Shown: positions 27,258 through 37,369, counted from the stretch's first letter. The stretch: 62,323 bases of DNA from Eubacteriales bacterium (GCA_045593725.1 JAZNXE010000009.1:1-62323); one strand, 5' to 3'. Translations and numbers: made by a program. The notes: generated by a model not told the origin, from the sequence alone.

Positions 27258-27460
27258 AGGCCCACTCGCGTCGCATAGTCGCCGCGTGTCGCTCGGTACA
27301 CTCGCTCCTTCGGCTCCTTGCTTTGGCTCCTTCGCTTCGCAAAAACATCACACCGTGATGTTTTTGCTTGCTCACCCACTCCCTCCTCCGTCGGTCGAGG
27401 AAGGGCAAAGCACACCGTAGCAAAAGAAAAAAGCAGATGCGATGCATCTGCTTTTCCTTT

Positions 27461-27538
<78 letters not shown>

Positions 27539-27565
27539 ATATTGATTTTCTTATTCGCAGAGAGT

Positions 27566-27594
27566 ATTATATCACATACTCCGTTATTTGTCAA
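27566..27594 (-). promoter_or_regulatory. tRNA-fMet promoter
   Basis: On the minus strand: TTGACA, a 17-nt spacer, then TATAAT (tgtgaTATAAT). Confidence 0.6.
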
Positions 27595-27705
27595 CCCCTT
27601 TTTTCTTTTTTGCTGAAATTTTGTATCTCTCATATCTATTATACTCTCTTTTTTCTGATTTATTCCTTCTCCCAAAAAAGAAGTGCCTCGGCTATACGCC
27701 GAGGC

Positions 27706-27794
27706 TGGTGCCGGTAACCGGGGTCGAACCGGTACGATACTCACGTATCACGGGATTTTAAGTCCCGGGCGTCTGCCAATTCCGCCACACCGGC
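27706..27794 (-). tRNA. tRNA-Leu (UAA)
   Basis: The reverse complement reads GCCGGTGTGGCGGAATTGGCAGACGCCCGGGACTTAAAATCCCG... It has a long variable arm, the T-arm ACCGGTTCGACCCCGGT and an encoded CCA. Confidence 0.9.
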
Positions 27795-27814
27795 GAGTAT
27801 CTTTTGCAAGGGTC

Positions 27815-27843
27815 ATTATATCACATTCTTTCCCTTTTGTCAA
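27815..27843 (-). promoter_or_regulatory. tRNA-Leu promoter
   Basis: On the minus strand: TTGACA, a 17-nt spacer, then TATAAT (tgtgaTATAAT). Confidence 0.6.
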
Positions 27844-28035
27844 GAAATATTTGCGCCTCTACAAAGGATTTTTCCACACTGGGCTTTGTTTTGCTCCAAT
27901 AATTATTCTCCTTTATATGAAAAGCCCCAAAGCCACCTTTCCGGGCAGTTGACAAACTCTTTTCATTATGTTATAATTATTCTGTTCGGCATATAATGAC
28001 ATTACACTGCCGAAGCAAGAAGGGAATGACTTTTT

Positions 28036-28962
28036 ATGATATGTGATACAATTTTGGATGCCATAGGTAATACGCCTATAATCCGTCTGCGCCACATGCC
28101 AGACCCAGACAGCGCTGAAGTACTTGTAAAATTTGAGGGACTCAACGTAGGCGGCTCTATAAAGACTCGTACTGCTCTGAATATGATAAGTGAAGCTGAA
28201 AAAGAGGGAAAGATTCACCCTGACACTATAATCGTTGAGCCTACAAGCGGTAATCAGGGAATAGGTCTTGCGCTTATCGGCGCGGTGCGCGGATATAAGG
28301 TTAAGATAATTATGCCTGACTCGGTAAGCGAGGAGCGCAGAAAGCTGGTTGAGCATTACGGCGCTGAGGTGATACTCGTACACGATGAGGGAAATATAGG
28401 TCTTTGCATCGAGGAATGCCTGAGGTTGGCTCTTGAGATGCGTGACAGTGACCCTAACGTCTTTGTCCCTCAGCAGTTTGAAAATCCCGCCAATCCTTCT
28501 GTACAGCGTTCTGTTACCGCTATGGAGATAATAGAGCAGGTGGGCAAGGAGATACACGGCTTTTGCTCGGGCATAGGAACGGGGGGAACTATAACTGGCA
28601 TTGGCGAAACGCTGAAGAAGTACAATCCCCACATGACAGTATGGGCGGTAGAGCCTGAGAATGCGGCAATCCTTTCGGGCGGTGCTATCGGCACACACGT
28701 GCAGATGGGCATAGGCGACGGGGTTATTCCCGCGGTGCTTAACCAGAGCATATATGATGACGTTTGCATTATAAACGACGAGGAGGCACTCCAGACCGCA
28801 AAGGACCTTGCGTCAAAAGAGGGGATAATGTGCGGAATCAGCAGCGGAACTAATGTGGCGGCTGCAATGAAGCTTGCTAAAAGGCTTGGCAAAGGGAAAA
28901 CGGTAGTGACCGTGCTTCCCGACACAGCGGAGCGTTATTTTTCCACACCTCTCTTTGACTGA
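28036..28962 (+). CDS. cysK: cysteine synthase A (O-acetylserine sulfhydrylase)
   Basis: The PLP lysine motif is GGSIKTRTALNMI. TSGNQGIGLA and GIGTGGTITG are also present. Confidence 0.93.
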   Translation: MICDTILDAIGNTPIIRLRHMPDPDSAEVLVKFEGLNVGGSIKTRTALNMISEAEKEGKIHPDTIIVEPTSGNQGIGLALIGAVRGYKVKIIMPDSVSEERRKLVEHYGAEVILVHDEGNIGLCIEECLRLALEMRDSDPNVFVPQQFENPANPSVQRSVTAMEIIEQVGKEIHGFCSGIGTGGTITGIGETLKKYNPHMTVWAVEPENAAILSGGAIGTHVQMGIGDGVIPAVLNQSIYDDVCIINDEEALQTAKDLASKEGIMCGISSGTNVAAAMKLAKRLGKGKTVVTVLPDTAERYFSTPLFD

Positions 28963-28982
28963 TTAAGAATATTGATATATTA

Positions 28983-29016
28983 AAAAAGGCAGACAATCTT
29001 AAGATCGTCTGCCTTT
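28983..29016. terminator. bidirectional terminator between convergent cysK and prs-like genes
   Basis: The near-perfect palindrome AAGGCAGACAATCTTAAGATCGTCTGCCTT is flanked by an A-run and a T-run. Confidence 0.75.
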
Positions 29017-29020
29017 TCTC

Positions 29021-30163
29021 TTAATTATCAAATTCTATTTTTACCTGTGTATCGTGCTCCTGCTTGTGCTTGTCAACGATAGCGTGAATCTTCTTGACAG
29101 GATTGAGCAGGTCGCTGAGTGAATCGTCGTGATTGAGGGTATCTATAATGTAAGCTACGTACTTACACATATTTACCGACACGTGCCATTCTCTGTTAAG
29201 TACTTCGGGAGAGGTGTATGTGAGGTTGGTGGTGAACACCTTGTCTATAATGCCTTCCTTATAAGCCTTATCAAATTTTTCGGGACCGTTTGTGAAAAGA
29301 CCGAAGGTGGAGAAGGCGAAAATTCTCTTAGCTCCGCGCTCCTTAAGCTGAAGGCCTACGTCAAGCATAGACTCGCCCGAGGATATCATATCGTCAACCA
29401 CGATAACGTCCATTCCCGTAAGGTCCTTGCCGAGGTACTCGTGCGCCTCGATGGGGTTTCTTCCGTTAACAACGATAGAGTAGTTGCGGCGCTTATAGAA
29501 CATACCTGTGTCGATACCCAGAACCGAGGAGAAATAAACCGAGCGTCCCATTGCGCCCTCGTCGGGGGATATCATCATAAGAGAATCCTTGCTTATCTGA
29601 ACGTCGGGAACCGAGCGAAGGAGAGCCTTTATCATCTGGTAGGAGGGTCTTACGTTATCGAAGCCTGAAAGGGGGATAGCGTTCTGAACTCTTGGGTCGT
29701 GAGCGTCAAAGGTGATGATGTTGGTAACGCCCATTGCTACCAGCTCCTGAAGCATAAGAGCACAGTCGAGGGACTCGCGGCTGGAGCGCTTGTGCTGTCT
29801 GCCCTCGTAAAGCATAGGCATAATTACCGTAATCCTTCTTGCCTTACCCGCGTTTGCCGCGATTACACGCTTAAGGTCAGCGTAGTGGTCATCGGGGCTC
29901 ATAGGAACCTCTCTGCCGTACATCTTGTAGGTGACGCTGTAATTAAACACGTCGGAAATGATATAAAGGTCGTGTCCGCGGAGCGACTCGTGAAGAAGTC
30001 CCTTTCCCTCACCCGTTCCGAAGCGGGGACACTCGGCTCTTACCAAAAAGGTATTATCGCCGCTCGCGCGCCAATCCTTCAAATAGTAGTCAACCTGTGA
30101 AGCGAAGTCCTCACATCCGCGCATTCCTATAACGCTAAGCTTTGCAAATTCTGCTTCCCTCAT
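29021..30163 (-). CDS. ribose-phosphate pyrophosphokinase family protein (long 380-aa form)
   Basis: The PRPP-binding loop is VIVVDDMISSGESM. DAHD and RRITVIMPMLYEGRQ motifs are also present. Confidence 0.8.
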   Translation of the reverse strand: MREAEFAKLSVIGMRGCEDFASQVDYYLKDWRASGDNTFLVRAECPRFGTGEGKGLLHESLRGHDLYIISDVFNYSVTYKMYGREVPMSPDDHYADLKRVIAANAGKARRITVIMPMLYEGRQHKRSSRESLDCALMLQELVAMGVTNIITFDAHDPRVQNAIPLSGFDNVRPSYQMIKALLRSVPDVQISKDSLMMISPDEGAMGRSVYFSSVLGIDTGMFYKRRNYSIVVNGRNPIEAHEYLGKDLTGMDVIVVDDMISSGESMLDVGLQLKERGAKRIFAFSTFGLFTNGPEKFDKAYKEGIIDKVFTTNLTYTSPEVLNREWHVSVNMCKYVAYIIDTLNHDDSLSDLLNPVKKIHAIVDKHKQEHDTQVKIEFDN

Positions 30164-30366
30164 AATAACCTTCCTCTCTGTGGAAATTCAATTGTAACTT
30201 ATTATAACACATTTTTTTGATTTTGGGAAGAGTTTTACCCGATTTTCGACAAATTTTTTTATAAGCTGAGATTGTCACAAAAAAGCTTCCCAAACCCTTT
30301 TTGATTTGTTTGTTTTTATATAGAATGCTACGCCGTAGGATGGCTTCTTGAGAGAAGGCATTTTTT

Positions 30367-30482
30367 AGCCTCGCCCTGAGGGAGAGGTGTAGGCGGAGCC
30401 TACGGAGAGGGCTTTTAAAAATATAGTTACGTGCCCTCTCACCCGCTGCGCGGGAGCTCTCCCTTGGGGGAGAGCCTTTTTT
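30367..30482. repeat. ORF-less palindromic four-hairpin element (miniature of the arms flanking the DUF559 gene at 41109-41560)
   Basis: The hairpins are CCTCgCCC-tga-GGGaGAGG, GTAGGC-gga-GCCTAC, CCCGC-tgc-GCGGG and GCTCTCCC-ttgg-GGGAGAGC followed by T6. The inner pair GGAGAGGGC / GCCCTCTC is separated by about 22 nt. Confidence 0.65.
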
Positions 30483-30511
30483 GTATCAGCGAGGGTATAA
30501 ATTTAAAATTT

Positions 30512-32896
30512 TTATTTCAGCTCGACCACGGTAACTCCTCCGTCGCCCTCGCCAAACTGACCGATGCGGAAGGTAGCCACCCGTCCGTCCTTCCTCAGAT
30601 ATTCCCAAAGCGCCTTTTTAAGCGCTCCAGTGCCCTTGCCGTGAATAAGGCGGAGGGTGTGGAAGCCCGCGATGGCTGCCTCGTCAAAATATTTGTCAAC
30701 CGCGCTCCACGCCTCGTCGCCCGTCATTCCGCGCAGGTCTATCTCGTCCTTGAAATCGCGGCTTACGGTCATTCGGTAGGCGGAGGAGTTCTTTTTTTGT
30801 CCTCCCGAAACTATCCTTGCTTCTTCTTCCACAAGGCGAAGGTCCTTTATGGCAGCCTTTGTTTTTATTATGCCTGCCTGAACGCTGACCTTACCCCCAC
30901 GGTCGGGAAGCTCAAGGACGGTAGCCTTTTTGCCAAGGCTTACGATTATTACCTCATCGCCCTTGCGAAGGGGGCGGGGCAGAACGTAATTCTCGTCCTC
31001 ACGTACCTCAACGGGGTCGTAGCTGTCGGAATTGTTGCGCAGGTGCTCACGGATATCACGTCTTGCGCGGGCAAGCTCCTCGGCAAGTCTCTCGCTTTCC
31101 TTTGCTCGGCGCAGCTTATCCATTTCTTCCATTATATAATCGGCGGAGCGCTTTGCGCTCTCTACCATAGCTTGTGCCTTATTTCTTGCACTCGTCAGCT
31201 CACGCTCTGATGCTCTTAGCTTTTCCGCCAGGGTCTTTTCGGCGTCAGCGCGGAAATCCTCGTACTCACGGCGCATTCTTGCCGCCTCGTCACGCTCCTT
31301 CTCAGCGCTCTGCCTTGCGGCCTCAAGCTCACCGAGAATCCTCTCCATTGCTCGGTTCTCCGAGGCAACGTAGCTTCCCGCTCTCTCTACTATGGAGGAG
31401 GGAAGCCCCAGCTTTTCGGAGATGGCAAAGGCGTTGGATTTGCCCGGCGCGCCTATTATGAGCTTATACGTGGGGCGCAGAGTTTCTACGTCAAACTCGC
31501 AAGAGGCGTTACATACGCCCTCCGTATCCATAGCGTAGGTCTTAAGCTCGGTATAGTGAGTGGTGGCGGCGCAGAGCGCTCCCGCTCCGCGTATATCCTC
31601 AATGACGGCTACTGCAAGTGCCGCGCCCTCTACGGGGTCTGTTCCCGCTCCAAGCTCGTCGAAGAGCACCAAAGAGCGCTCATTGCGTTCCTTGACTATG
31701 GAAACGATAGTTACCATGTGGGAGGAGAAGGTGGAGAGCGATTGCTCTATGCTCTGCTCGTCCCCAAGGTCAACGAGAATTTTTTCAAAGATACAAAGAC
31801 TGCTTCCCTCGTCAAGGGGCAGATGCAGACCTGCCTGCGCCATAAGGGCGAAAAGCCCGAGAGTTTTAAGGGTTACGGTTTTACCGCCTGTATTAGGTCC
31901 TGTGATTATGAGGGTGTCAAAATCCTCGCCCAGATGAACGGTTATGGGTACAACCGAGTCCTTATCTATAAGGGGGTGTCGTGCCTTTATAAGCTTGCAG
32001 GCTCTTTTCTCTGTAAGGAGCGGCTCACGGGCGTCCATCCTCTCGGAAAGAGAGGCACAGCCGAAAACGAAGGCAAGTTCGGTTATATTTTGGTAGTTAA
32101 GAAGCAGAGAGGGGGCAAAGCCCGCGATGCTTGCGGAAAGCTCGGAGAGTATGCGCTCTATCTCGTGCTGCTCCTTGGCTTCAAGCATACGAAGCTCGTT
32201 GTTTGCCTCCACCACAGCCATAGGCTCTACGAACACGGTAGCTCCCGAGGAGGAGGTGTCGTGAATAAGACCCTTGACCTCGTTGCGGTATTCTATTTTT
32301 ACGGGAACGACGTAGCGCCCGCTTCGCTGGGTCACTATATTTTCCTGAAGATATTTGGAGTAGGAGCCGTTGATATATTTAGCCAGAGCCTCCTTGATTC
32401 TGGAGTTTGAGGCTCTTATCTTACGCCTGATATCCGCAAGTGCCGAGCTTGCCTCGTCGGATACCATATCCTCGGAGATTATGGAGCGGTATATTCTGTC
32501 CTCCAAGGCTCTGTTGGGAAGCAGGCGCTCGAATATCTCGTCAATAGAGGTATCGAAGAGCTTATTGGCTCTTATATAGTCAAGCAAGGAGCGCGCAGAG
32601 CGGAGGATTGCGGCTCCGTCAAGCAGCTCGCGCTGTGTAAGCACCGCTCCCTTGAGGGCGCGCTCGCAGATATCCGCCATATCCACCACGCTTCCAAAGG
32701 GCGGCATACCCTTGGCATCCAGAAGACGGCGGGCATCGGTGGTGCGCCGTTGTTTGCGCGCTACTATGTCTATGCGGTCGTCGGGCAAGAGTGAAAGCGC
32801 ATGCTCTGACGCACCCTTGGTAGGACATACGGCGGCAAGCATTGCGCGTATTTTATCAAATTCAAGCGTTATTAGTGTTTTTTCTTTTACGTTCAT
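30512..32896 (-). CDS. mutS2: endonuclease MutS2
   Basis: MutS domain V has Walker A GPNTGGKT, followed by a coiled coil and a C-terminal Smr domain (LRGMTGDEA...HGKGTGALK). Confidence 0.93.
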   Translation of the reverse strand: MNVKEKTLITLEFDKIRAMLAAVCPTKGASEHALSLLPDDRIDIVARKQRRTTDARRLLDAKGMPPFGSVVDMADICERALKGAVLTQRELLDGAAILRSARSLLDYIRANKLFDTSIDEIFERLLPNRALEDRIYRSIISEDMVSDEASSALADIRRKIRASNSRIKEALAKYINGSYSKYLQENIVTQRSGRYVVPVKIEYRNEVKGLIHDTSSSGATVFVEPMAVVEANNELRMLEAKEQHEIERILSELSASIAGFAPSLLLNYQNITELAFVFGCASLSERMDAREPLLTEKRACKLIKARHPLIDKDSVVPITVHLGEDFDTLIITGPNTGGKTVTLKTLGLFALMAQAGLHLPLDEGSSLCIFEKILVDLGDEQSIEQSLSTFSSHMVTIVSIVKERNERSLVLFDELGAGTDPVEGAALAVAVIEDIRGAGALCAATTHYTELKTYAMDTEGVCNASCEFDVETLRPTYKLIIGAPGKSNAFAISEKLGLPSSIVERAGSYVASENRAMERILGELEAARQSAEKERDEAARMRREYEDFRADAEKTLAEKLRASERELTSARNKAQAMVESAKRSADYIMEEMDKLRRAKESERLAEELARARRDIREHLRNNSDSYDPVEVREDENYVLPRPLRKGDEVIIVSLGKKATVLELPDRGGKVSVQAGIIKTKAAIKDLRLVEEEARIVSGGQKKNSSAYRMTVSRDFKDEIDLRGMTGDEAWSAVDKYFDEAAIAGFHTLRLIHGKGTGALKKALWEYLRKDGRVATFRIGQFGEGDGGVTVVELK

Positions 32897-33705
32897 TTTT
32901 CTTCCTTGATAGAATTATAAAAATGTAAGGTGTCGAAATCCCGTTCCAAATGGTTTAAGAGAAAGGTTTGCGCCGCTTTGGAAAACAGCGACATACTGCG
33001 CTCGTTGGTCAGCCCGAAAGCAAATATGCGTTGGTGAGGCGCAGAGCTAACGTATCTCATAGCCTCAAGAGCCGAGGTGTCCAGCGGAACGAGTATGTTT
33101 CGCGTTTCAAAGCTGTCGGTTTCGGGCAGGGGAAGTCCGCCGCTCCGCTTTTCAAGGCACTGACGGCAAAGCACTGTGCCATTCATAACGTCAAGCCACA
33201 GCTCGCCGTCGGGCGAGAAATCGGATTTTGAGCAATCGGGACACGCCTCAAGATTTGGCATAAAGCCCGAGATATTGGCAGCGAACAGCTCGTAGGTTGC
33301 CTTTATCTGTGGATAAGGCTTTAGCTTTTTTTCTATGGCGTAGAGTGTGTTCAGAGTCATTCTCAGCACTTCATGTGCGCCAAGCCCCTCACCGCTTATC
33401 TCATCGGCAAGCTGAAGTATGTAGGAGGCGAGGGAAAAGCCAACGATATCGCCATTGATACCCGAGAAGCTGTTGTTTATAGAGCCGCCCGACAGCCATC
33501 TGCCGCCATTTTTCTCGTACAGCTCCAAATTGGCGTAGGTAAAGATACGGCACAAAGACGCGACCTTGCTCTTGGTGCTTCGGGCGCCCTTTGCCGTTAT
33601 CCACATTTTTCCCTCGTCCGCAGTGAGTATAAGTATGCGGCGGTCGTTATCCCCCGTCTTTATCTCACGCAGCACAAGTCCGTCCAACGCCTTTTTCATT
33701 GCCAC
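32893..33705 (-). CDS. recO: DNA repair protein RecO
   Basis: An OB-fold N-terminus and a CxxC...CxxC zinc motif (CPDC...CRQC) are present. The gene sits in the conserved recO-era context. Confidence 0.85.
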   Translation of the reverse strand: MAMKKALDGLVLREIKTGDNDRRILILTADEGKMWITAKGARSTKSKVASLCRIFTYANLELYEKNGGRWLSGGSINNSFSGINGDIVGFSLASYILQLADEISGEGLGAHEVLRMTLNTLYAIEKKLKPYPQIKATYELFAANISGFMPNLEACPDCSKSDFSPDGELWLDVMNGTVLCRQCLEKRSGGLPLPETDSFETRNILVPLDTSALEAMRYVSSAPHQRIFAFGLTNERSMSLFSKAAQTFLLNHLERDFDTLHFYNSIKEEK

Positions 33706-33715
33706 TCTCCGTTAA

Positions 33716-34609
33716 TCAGTCTTCCTCTCTGTAACCGAAGTTTCCTACGGTACGTGCGCTCTCGCGCCAGTTTTCCTTTACCTTTACCCAAAGGTTGAGA
33801 TATACCTTTGCCCCAAAGAGCTTTTCAAGGTCCTCGCGGGCGTAAGTGCCTATGAGCTTGAGCGCCGCTCCGTTTTTGCCTACGATTATACCCTTGTGGG
33901 ATGCCTTCTCGCAGAATATTTCGGCGCGGATGCGCAGGAGAGAGCCTTCGTCCTTGAATTCCTCAATGACTACCGCCGTTCCGTGGGGTATCTCCTTATT
34001 GAGGGTACGGAGAATCTTCTCTCTGATTATCTCGGCGGCTATCTGTCGCTCGGGCTGGTCGGTCACCATATCCTCGGGGAAGAACCACTCGGACTCGGAG
34101 AGGAATTTGGAGCATTCAGCCATAAGCTCATCCACGTTTTTACCCTTCTTTGCGCTCATGGGAACGAAGGCGCAGAAATCATGCTTCTGGGCGTATTTTG
34201 TTATAGTCTGTGCCAATACCTCGCGGTCGTACATATCTATTTTGTTAAGAGCCAGAATGGCGGGGATACCGCTCCTCTTGAGGTAGGAGATTACGTTTTC
34301 CTCTACCGAGGTTATATCCTTACCCGTATCTACCACCAAAACCACCGCGTCGGCATCCTTCATAGAGCTGTCAGCGGCGCGCACCATAAACTCTCCCAGA
34401 CTGTTCTTTGGGGAGTGCATACCCGGAGTGTCAAGAAAAACGTACTGCTCCTCGTCCTTTGTGTATATACCCGTTATGCGGTTACGGGTAGTTTGAGGCT
34501 TACTTGATACTATTGCTACCTTCTCTCCGAGAATCGCGTTGAGAAGGGTGGATTTTCCTACGTTAGGTCTGCCTACTATGGCTATAAAAGCTGTCTTTTT
34601 CATTTTCAA
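33716..34609 (-). CDS. era: GTPase Era
   Basis: G1 is GRPNVGKST, G3 is DTPG and G4 is NKID. The C-terminal KH domain has VGKNGAALK. Confidence 0.95.
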   Translation of the reverse strand: MKMKKTAFIAIVGRPNVGKSTLLNAILGEKVAIVSSKPQTTRNRITGIYTKDEEQYVFLDTPGMHSPKNSLGEFMVRAADSSMKDADAVVLVVDTGKDITSVEENVISYLKRSGIPAILALNKIDMYDREVLAQTITKYAQKHDFCAFVPMSAKKGKNVDELMAECSKFLSESEWFFPEDMVTDQPERQIAAEIIREKILRTLNKEIPHGTAVVIEEFKDEGSLLRIRAEIFCEKASHKGIIVGKNGAALKLIGTYAREDLEKLFGAKVYLNLWVKVKENWRESARTVGNFGYREED

Positions 34610-34622
34610 TTCCTTTTTCTGT

Positions 34623-35102
34623 TTACTTTATCCTAAGGCCCATATTTTCAAGAATTTCTCGTTGTCTGCGGCGCATATCCGCATCCTCCTCCTCGCTGTT
34701 CACGTGGTCGTAGCCCATAAGGTGGAGCATTGAATGTACCGTGAGGAAGGCTACCTCACGCTCAAAGCTGTGACCGAATTCCTCTGCCTGCTCCTTTGCG
34801 CGTTCAAGAGAAATAACTATGTCCCCAAGACTTGCTTCAGGCTCGTCTATGGGCAGATAGGTGTGGGAGTAGTCTGTCAAGGGGAAGGACAGCACGTCGG
34901 TGGGCTTGTCTATATTGCGAAAATCGCGGTTGAGAGTCTGTATTCCGTCGTTATCGGTGAAGGTCACCGACACCTCGGCACTGTTGCAAAAGCCCTCGTA
35001 TTCAAGGGTGGATACCACAGCCCCGCGCACAAGCATCTTAAGCTTATAGGTGATGGGAAAGCGACCTTGGTCGTTCATAAAATATATCATTGTCTTTTTC
35101 AT
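34623..35102 (-). CDS. ybeY: rRNA maturation RNase YbeY
   Basis: The zinc motif is HSMLHLMGYDH. Confidence 0.93.
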   Translation of the reverse strand: MKKTMIYFMNDQGRFPITYKLKMLVRGAVVSTLEYEGFCNSAEVSVTFTDNDGIQTLNRDFRNIDKPTDVLSFPLTDYSHTYLPIDEPEASLGDIVISLERAKEQAEEFGHSFEREVAFLTVHSMLHLMGYDHVNSEEEDADMRRRQREILENMGLRIK

Positions 35103-36145
35103 TTTTTATCTCCTGACGTTCCTCTGTGGGCTTTGTATTTCTTCGCGCCCTCTCGGGACCTTTCAGCCTCGGCGCGTTGCTTGTTTTCATATTTTTCGTA
35201 GGCAAGGATTATTTTTTGCACAAGCTTATGGCGTACCACGTCCTTGTCCGAGAAGGCGTGAATTGCTATATCCTCAACTCCGTCAAGTATTTTTACAGCC
35301 GCCGCCAGACCGCTCTTCTGACCGCTTGGCAGGTCGGTTTGTGTCAGGTCGCCCGTGATTATTGCCTTTGAGTTGAAGCCAAGACGGGTCAGGAACATCT
35401 TCATCTGCTCGGGGGTGGCGTTCTGCGCCTCGTCAAGGATTATAAAGCTGTCATCAAGGGTGCGACCTCTCATATACGCCAGAGGGGCTATCTCAATACT
35501 GCCCTTTTCAAGCAGTCTTTGATAGTTTTCAGCTCCCATCATCTCAAACAAAGCGTCGTACAGCGGACGGAGATAGGGGTCTATCTTGCTTTGCAGGTCG
35601 CCCGGGAGAAAGCCCAGCTTTTCCCCCGCCTCAATAGCGGGGCGGGTCAGGATTATGCGGCTGACCTGCTTCTGGCGCAGGGCGCGTACCGCCATTGCTA
35701 CCGCGAGAAAGGTCTTTCCCGTACCCGCGGGACCGATGCCGAAAACCACCGTGCTTTTGGTTATAGCCTCAACGTAGCGCCGCTGACCTACGGTCTTTGC
35801 CTTGATGGGCTTTCCGCGGGTGGTGATGCATATACACTCGCCGTCAAGGTCGCCAAGCTCCTCGTCCTTGCCGTCGCTTATCATGCTTATGACGTATCCA
35901 ACCTGCTGCTCGGTGAGGGTTTCGTTTGAGCGCGCCAGCTTTTTAAGATGCTCAAGAGCCGAGGCGGCGCGCTCCACGCCTTCTCTTTCCTCTCCCGATA
36001 CTATGACCGCGTCCCCCTCGTCGCCGTTCCTGTTTTTGATGCTGACGCCAAAGGCGCGCTCAAGCATTCGGGTATTTATATCGAAGCTTCCGAAAAGTCT
36101 GGCAGTAAGCTCGCTGTTTTCTATCCTGACTGTTTTCTGTTCCAT
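35099..36145 (-). CDS. phoH: PhoH family ATPase
   Basis: Walker A is GPAGTGKT. FIILDEAQN is also present. The gene sits in the conserved phoH-ybeY context. Confidence 0.92.
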   Translation of the reverse strand: MEQKTVRIENSELTARLFGSFDINTRMLERAFGVSIKNRNGDEGDAVIVSGEEREGVERAASALEHLKKLARSNETLTEQQVGYVISMISDGKDEELGDLDGECICITTRGKPIKAKTVGQRRYVEAITKSTVVFGIGPAGTGKTFLAVAMAVRALRQKQVSRIILTRPAIEAGEKLGFLPGDLQSKIDPYLRPLYDALFEMMGAENYQRLLEKGSIEIAPLAYMRGRTLDDSFIILDEAQNATPEQMKMFLTRLGFNSKAIITGDLTQTDLPSGQKSGLAAAVKILDGVEDIAIHAFSDKDVVRHKLVQKIILAYEKYENKQRAEAERSREGAKKYKAHRGTSGDKK

Positions 36146-36160
36146 AGATTTCTCCCTTTC

Positions 36161-37369
36161 TTAAGGCAGTACCTCTACAATTTTTCTTTTGGCAATATCC
36201 TTTACGCAGACCACTCTGCAAAGGAGGGTGTATCCCTCATCTCCCAGCGTGAACTGCGAATTTTTTCGGAGCAGGTCGGCATCCCTCAGCTCTCTGGCAA
36301 GTGTGAGGGACATTCTGTATTCTGCAAGAGCCGACAGCTCGCTGTCGCTCCGCGTCGCTTCTTCTATCACGTATTCCATATATTTGACCGTGCGTATTCC
36401 TACAGGCAGGTCGTCACCGCCGGGGGATGGAAAATATTCTACCATATCTATTTTATCATAACTTGTATATAAATTTCCACAGTTTGAGAAAAATTTTATC
36501 TCATTTTTAAAAAAAATAAGATATTTTTCGCATTTTACTCTCCCCGTGTAAATCTTTCTCTCATATTTTCTTGGAATTTCCACCGAAAAGCTGTCTTCGC
36601 ACTCGGCATAGACTCTGCCCTTGGCGGCGGTATATTTGATGCCCGTTTCCTCGTCGCCGTATATTCCTCCCACAAGAAGCTGACCCTCGCTCACGCTATC
36701 TCCCACGTTTACCGCTATATTGCCTCTGATATCCTCAAGTCGTGTGATAACTCCCCCGCGCTCGGCAACCAGATTTACCGTGCCGCTCTCCTCCTCTGGT
36801 TCGGGGCGGGGAACAAGCTCCCGTATCTCAACGTTGGCTACCGTGCCCCGCATATTTATACTTATCCAGGAGATATCGTCGGAGAGGATGAGAACTCTGT
36901 TCTCTATCACGTCTATGTCCAGAGAGGATTTGCGTACGCCTAAGCTAAGTCCGCATTGCTCTAAGGTGTATATCACTTCATCCTCGGTAAGCCACCTCTC
37001 GCCATCCACCCGCACGTCCCATACCACACTTCCCGACAGCGCTATAAGAATAACCCCAATAAGCGCCCCCATAAGAAGCCCCAATCTGCCTCGGTGCTTT
37101 ACTATGAGGGCGGGGATGCCTCCCGACAGGGCTACCTTTACCGAAAGTCCCAAGACCTCAGCCCGTTTTATAAGCCGCGAAGCGGTAAAAAAGGGTACGC
37201 ACAGGTATGCCTCCGCTTCCTCCGCGTTTACGCTGTGATAGCTTATCTGCTCTCTGATGCAGAGATTGAGAAGGGACTCCAGCTCCTCTCTGGGTACGCA
37301 AAGCCGCTTATATCCAAGTAGAAAGAGCAGGGGGTGTAGCCCTAAGCGGAAGCCTTTCTTATTCTTCAT
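36161..37369 (-). CDS. yqfD: sporulation protein YqfD
   Basis: The gene follows yqfC and has a central TM helix and YqfD-like length. I chose the ATG at 37369 (MKNKKGF). Confidence 0.8.
   Translation of the reverse strand: MKNKKGFRLGLHPLLFLLGYKRLCVPREELESLLNLCIREQISYHSVNAEEAEAYLCVPFFTASRLIKRAEVLGLSVKVALSGGIPALIVKHRGRLGLLMGALIGVILIALSGSVVWDVRVDGERWLTEDEVIYTLEQCGLSLGVRKSSLDIDVIENRVLILSDDISWISINMRGTVANVEIRELVPRPEPEEESGTVNLVAERGGVITRLEDIRGNIAVNVGDSVSEGQLLVGGIYGDEETGIKYTAAKGRVYAECEDSFSVEIPRKYERKIYTGRVKCEKYLIFFKNEIKFFSNCGNLYTSYDKIDMVEYFPSPGGDDLPVGIRTVKYMEYVIEEATRSDSELSALAEYRMSLTLARELRDADLLRKNSQFTLGDEGYTLLCRVVCVKDIAKRKIVEVLP

Noticed and set aside
27913-28698. 261-aa minus-strand ORF
   Set aside because: It is antisense to cysK and has no recognisable domain.
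29021-30163. The 380-aa PRPP synthetase considered as an anomalous or fused enzyme
   Set aside because: The motifs are collinear with the Prs family, and longer Prs-like forms exist. Without an alignment I cannot show that anything is unusual.
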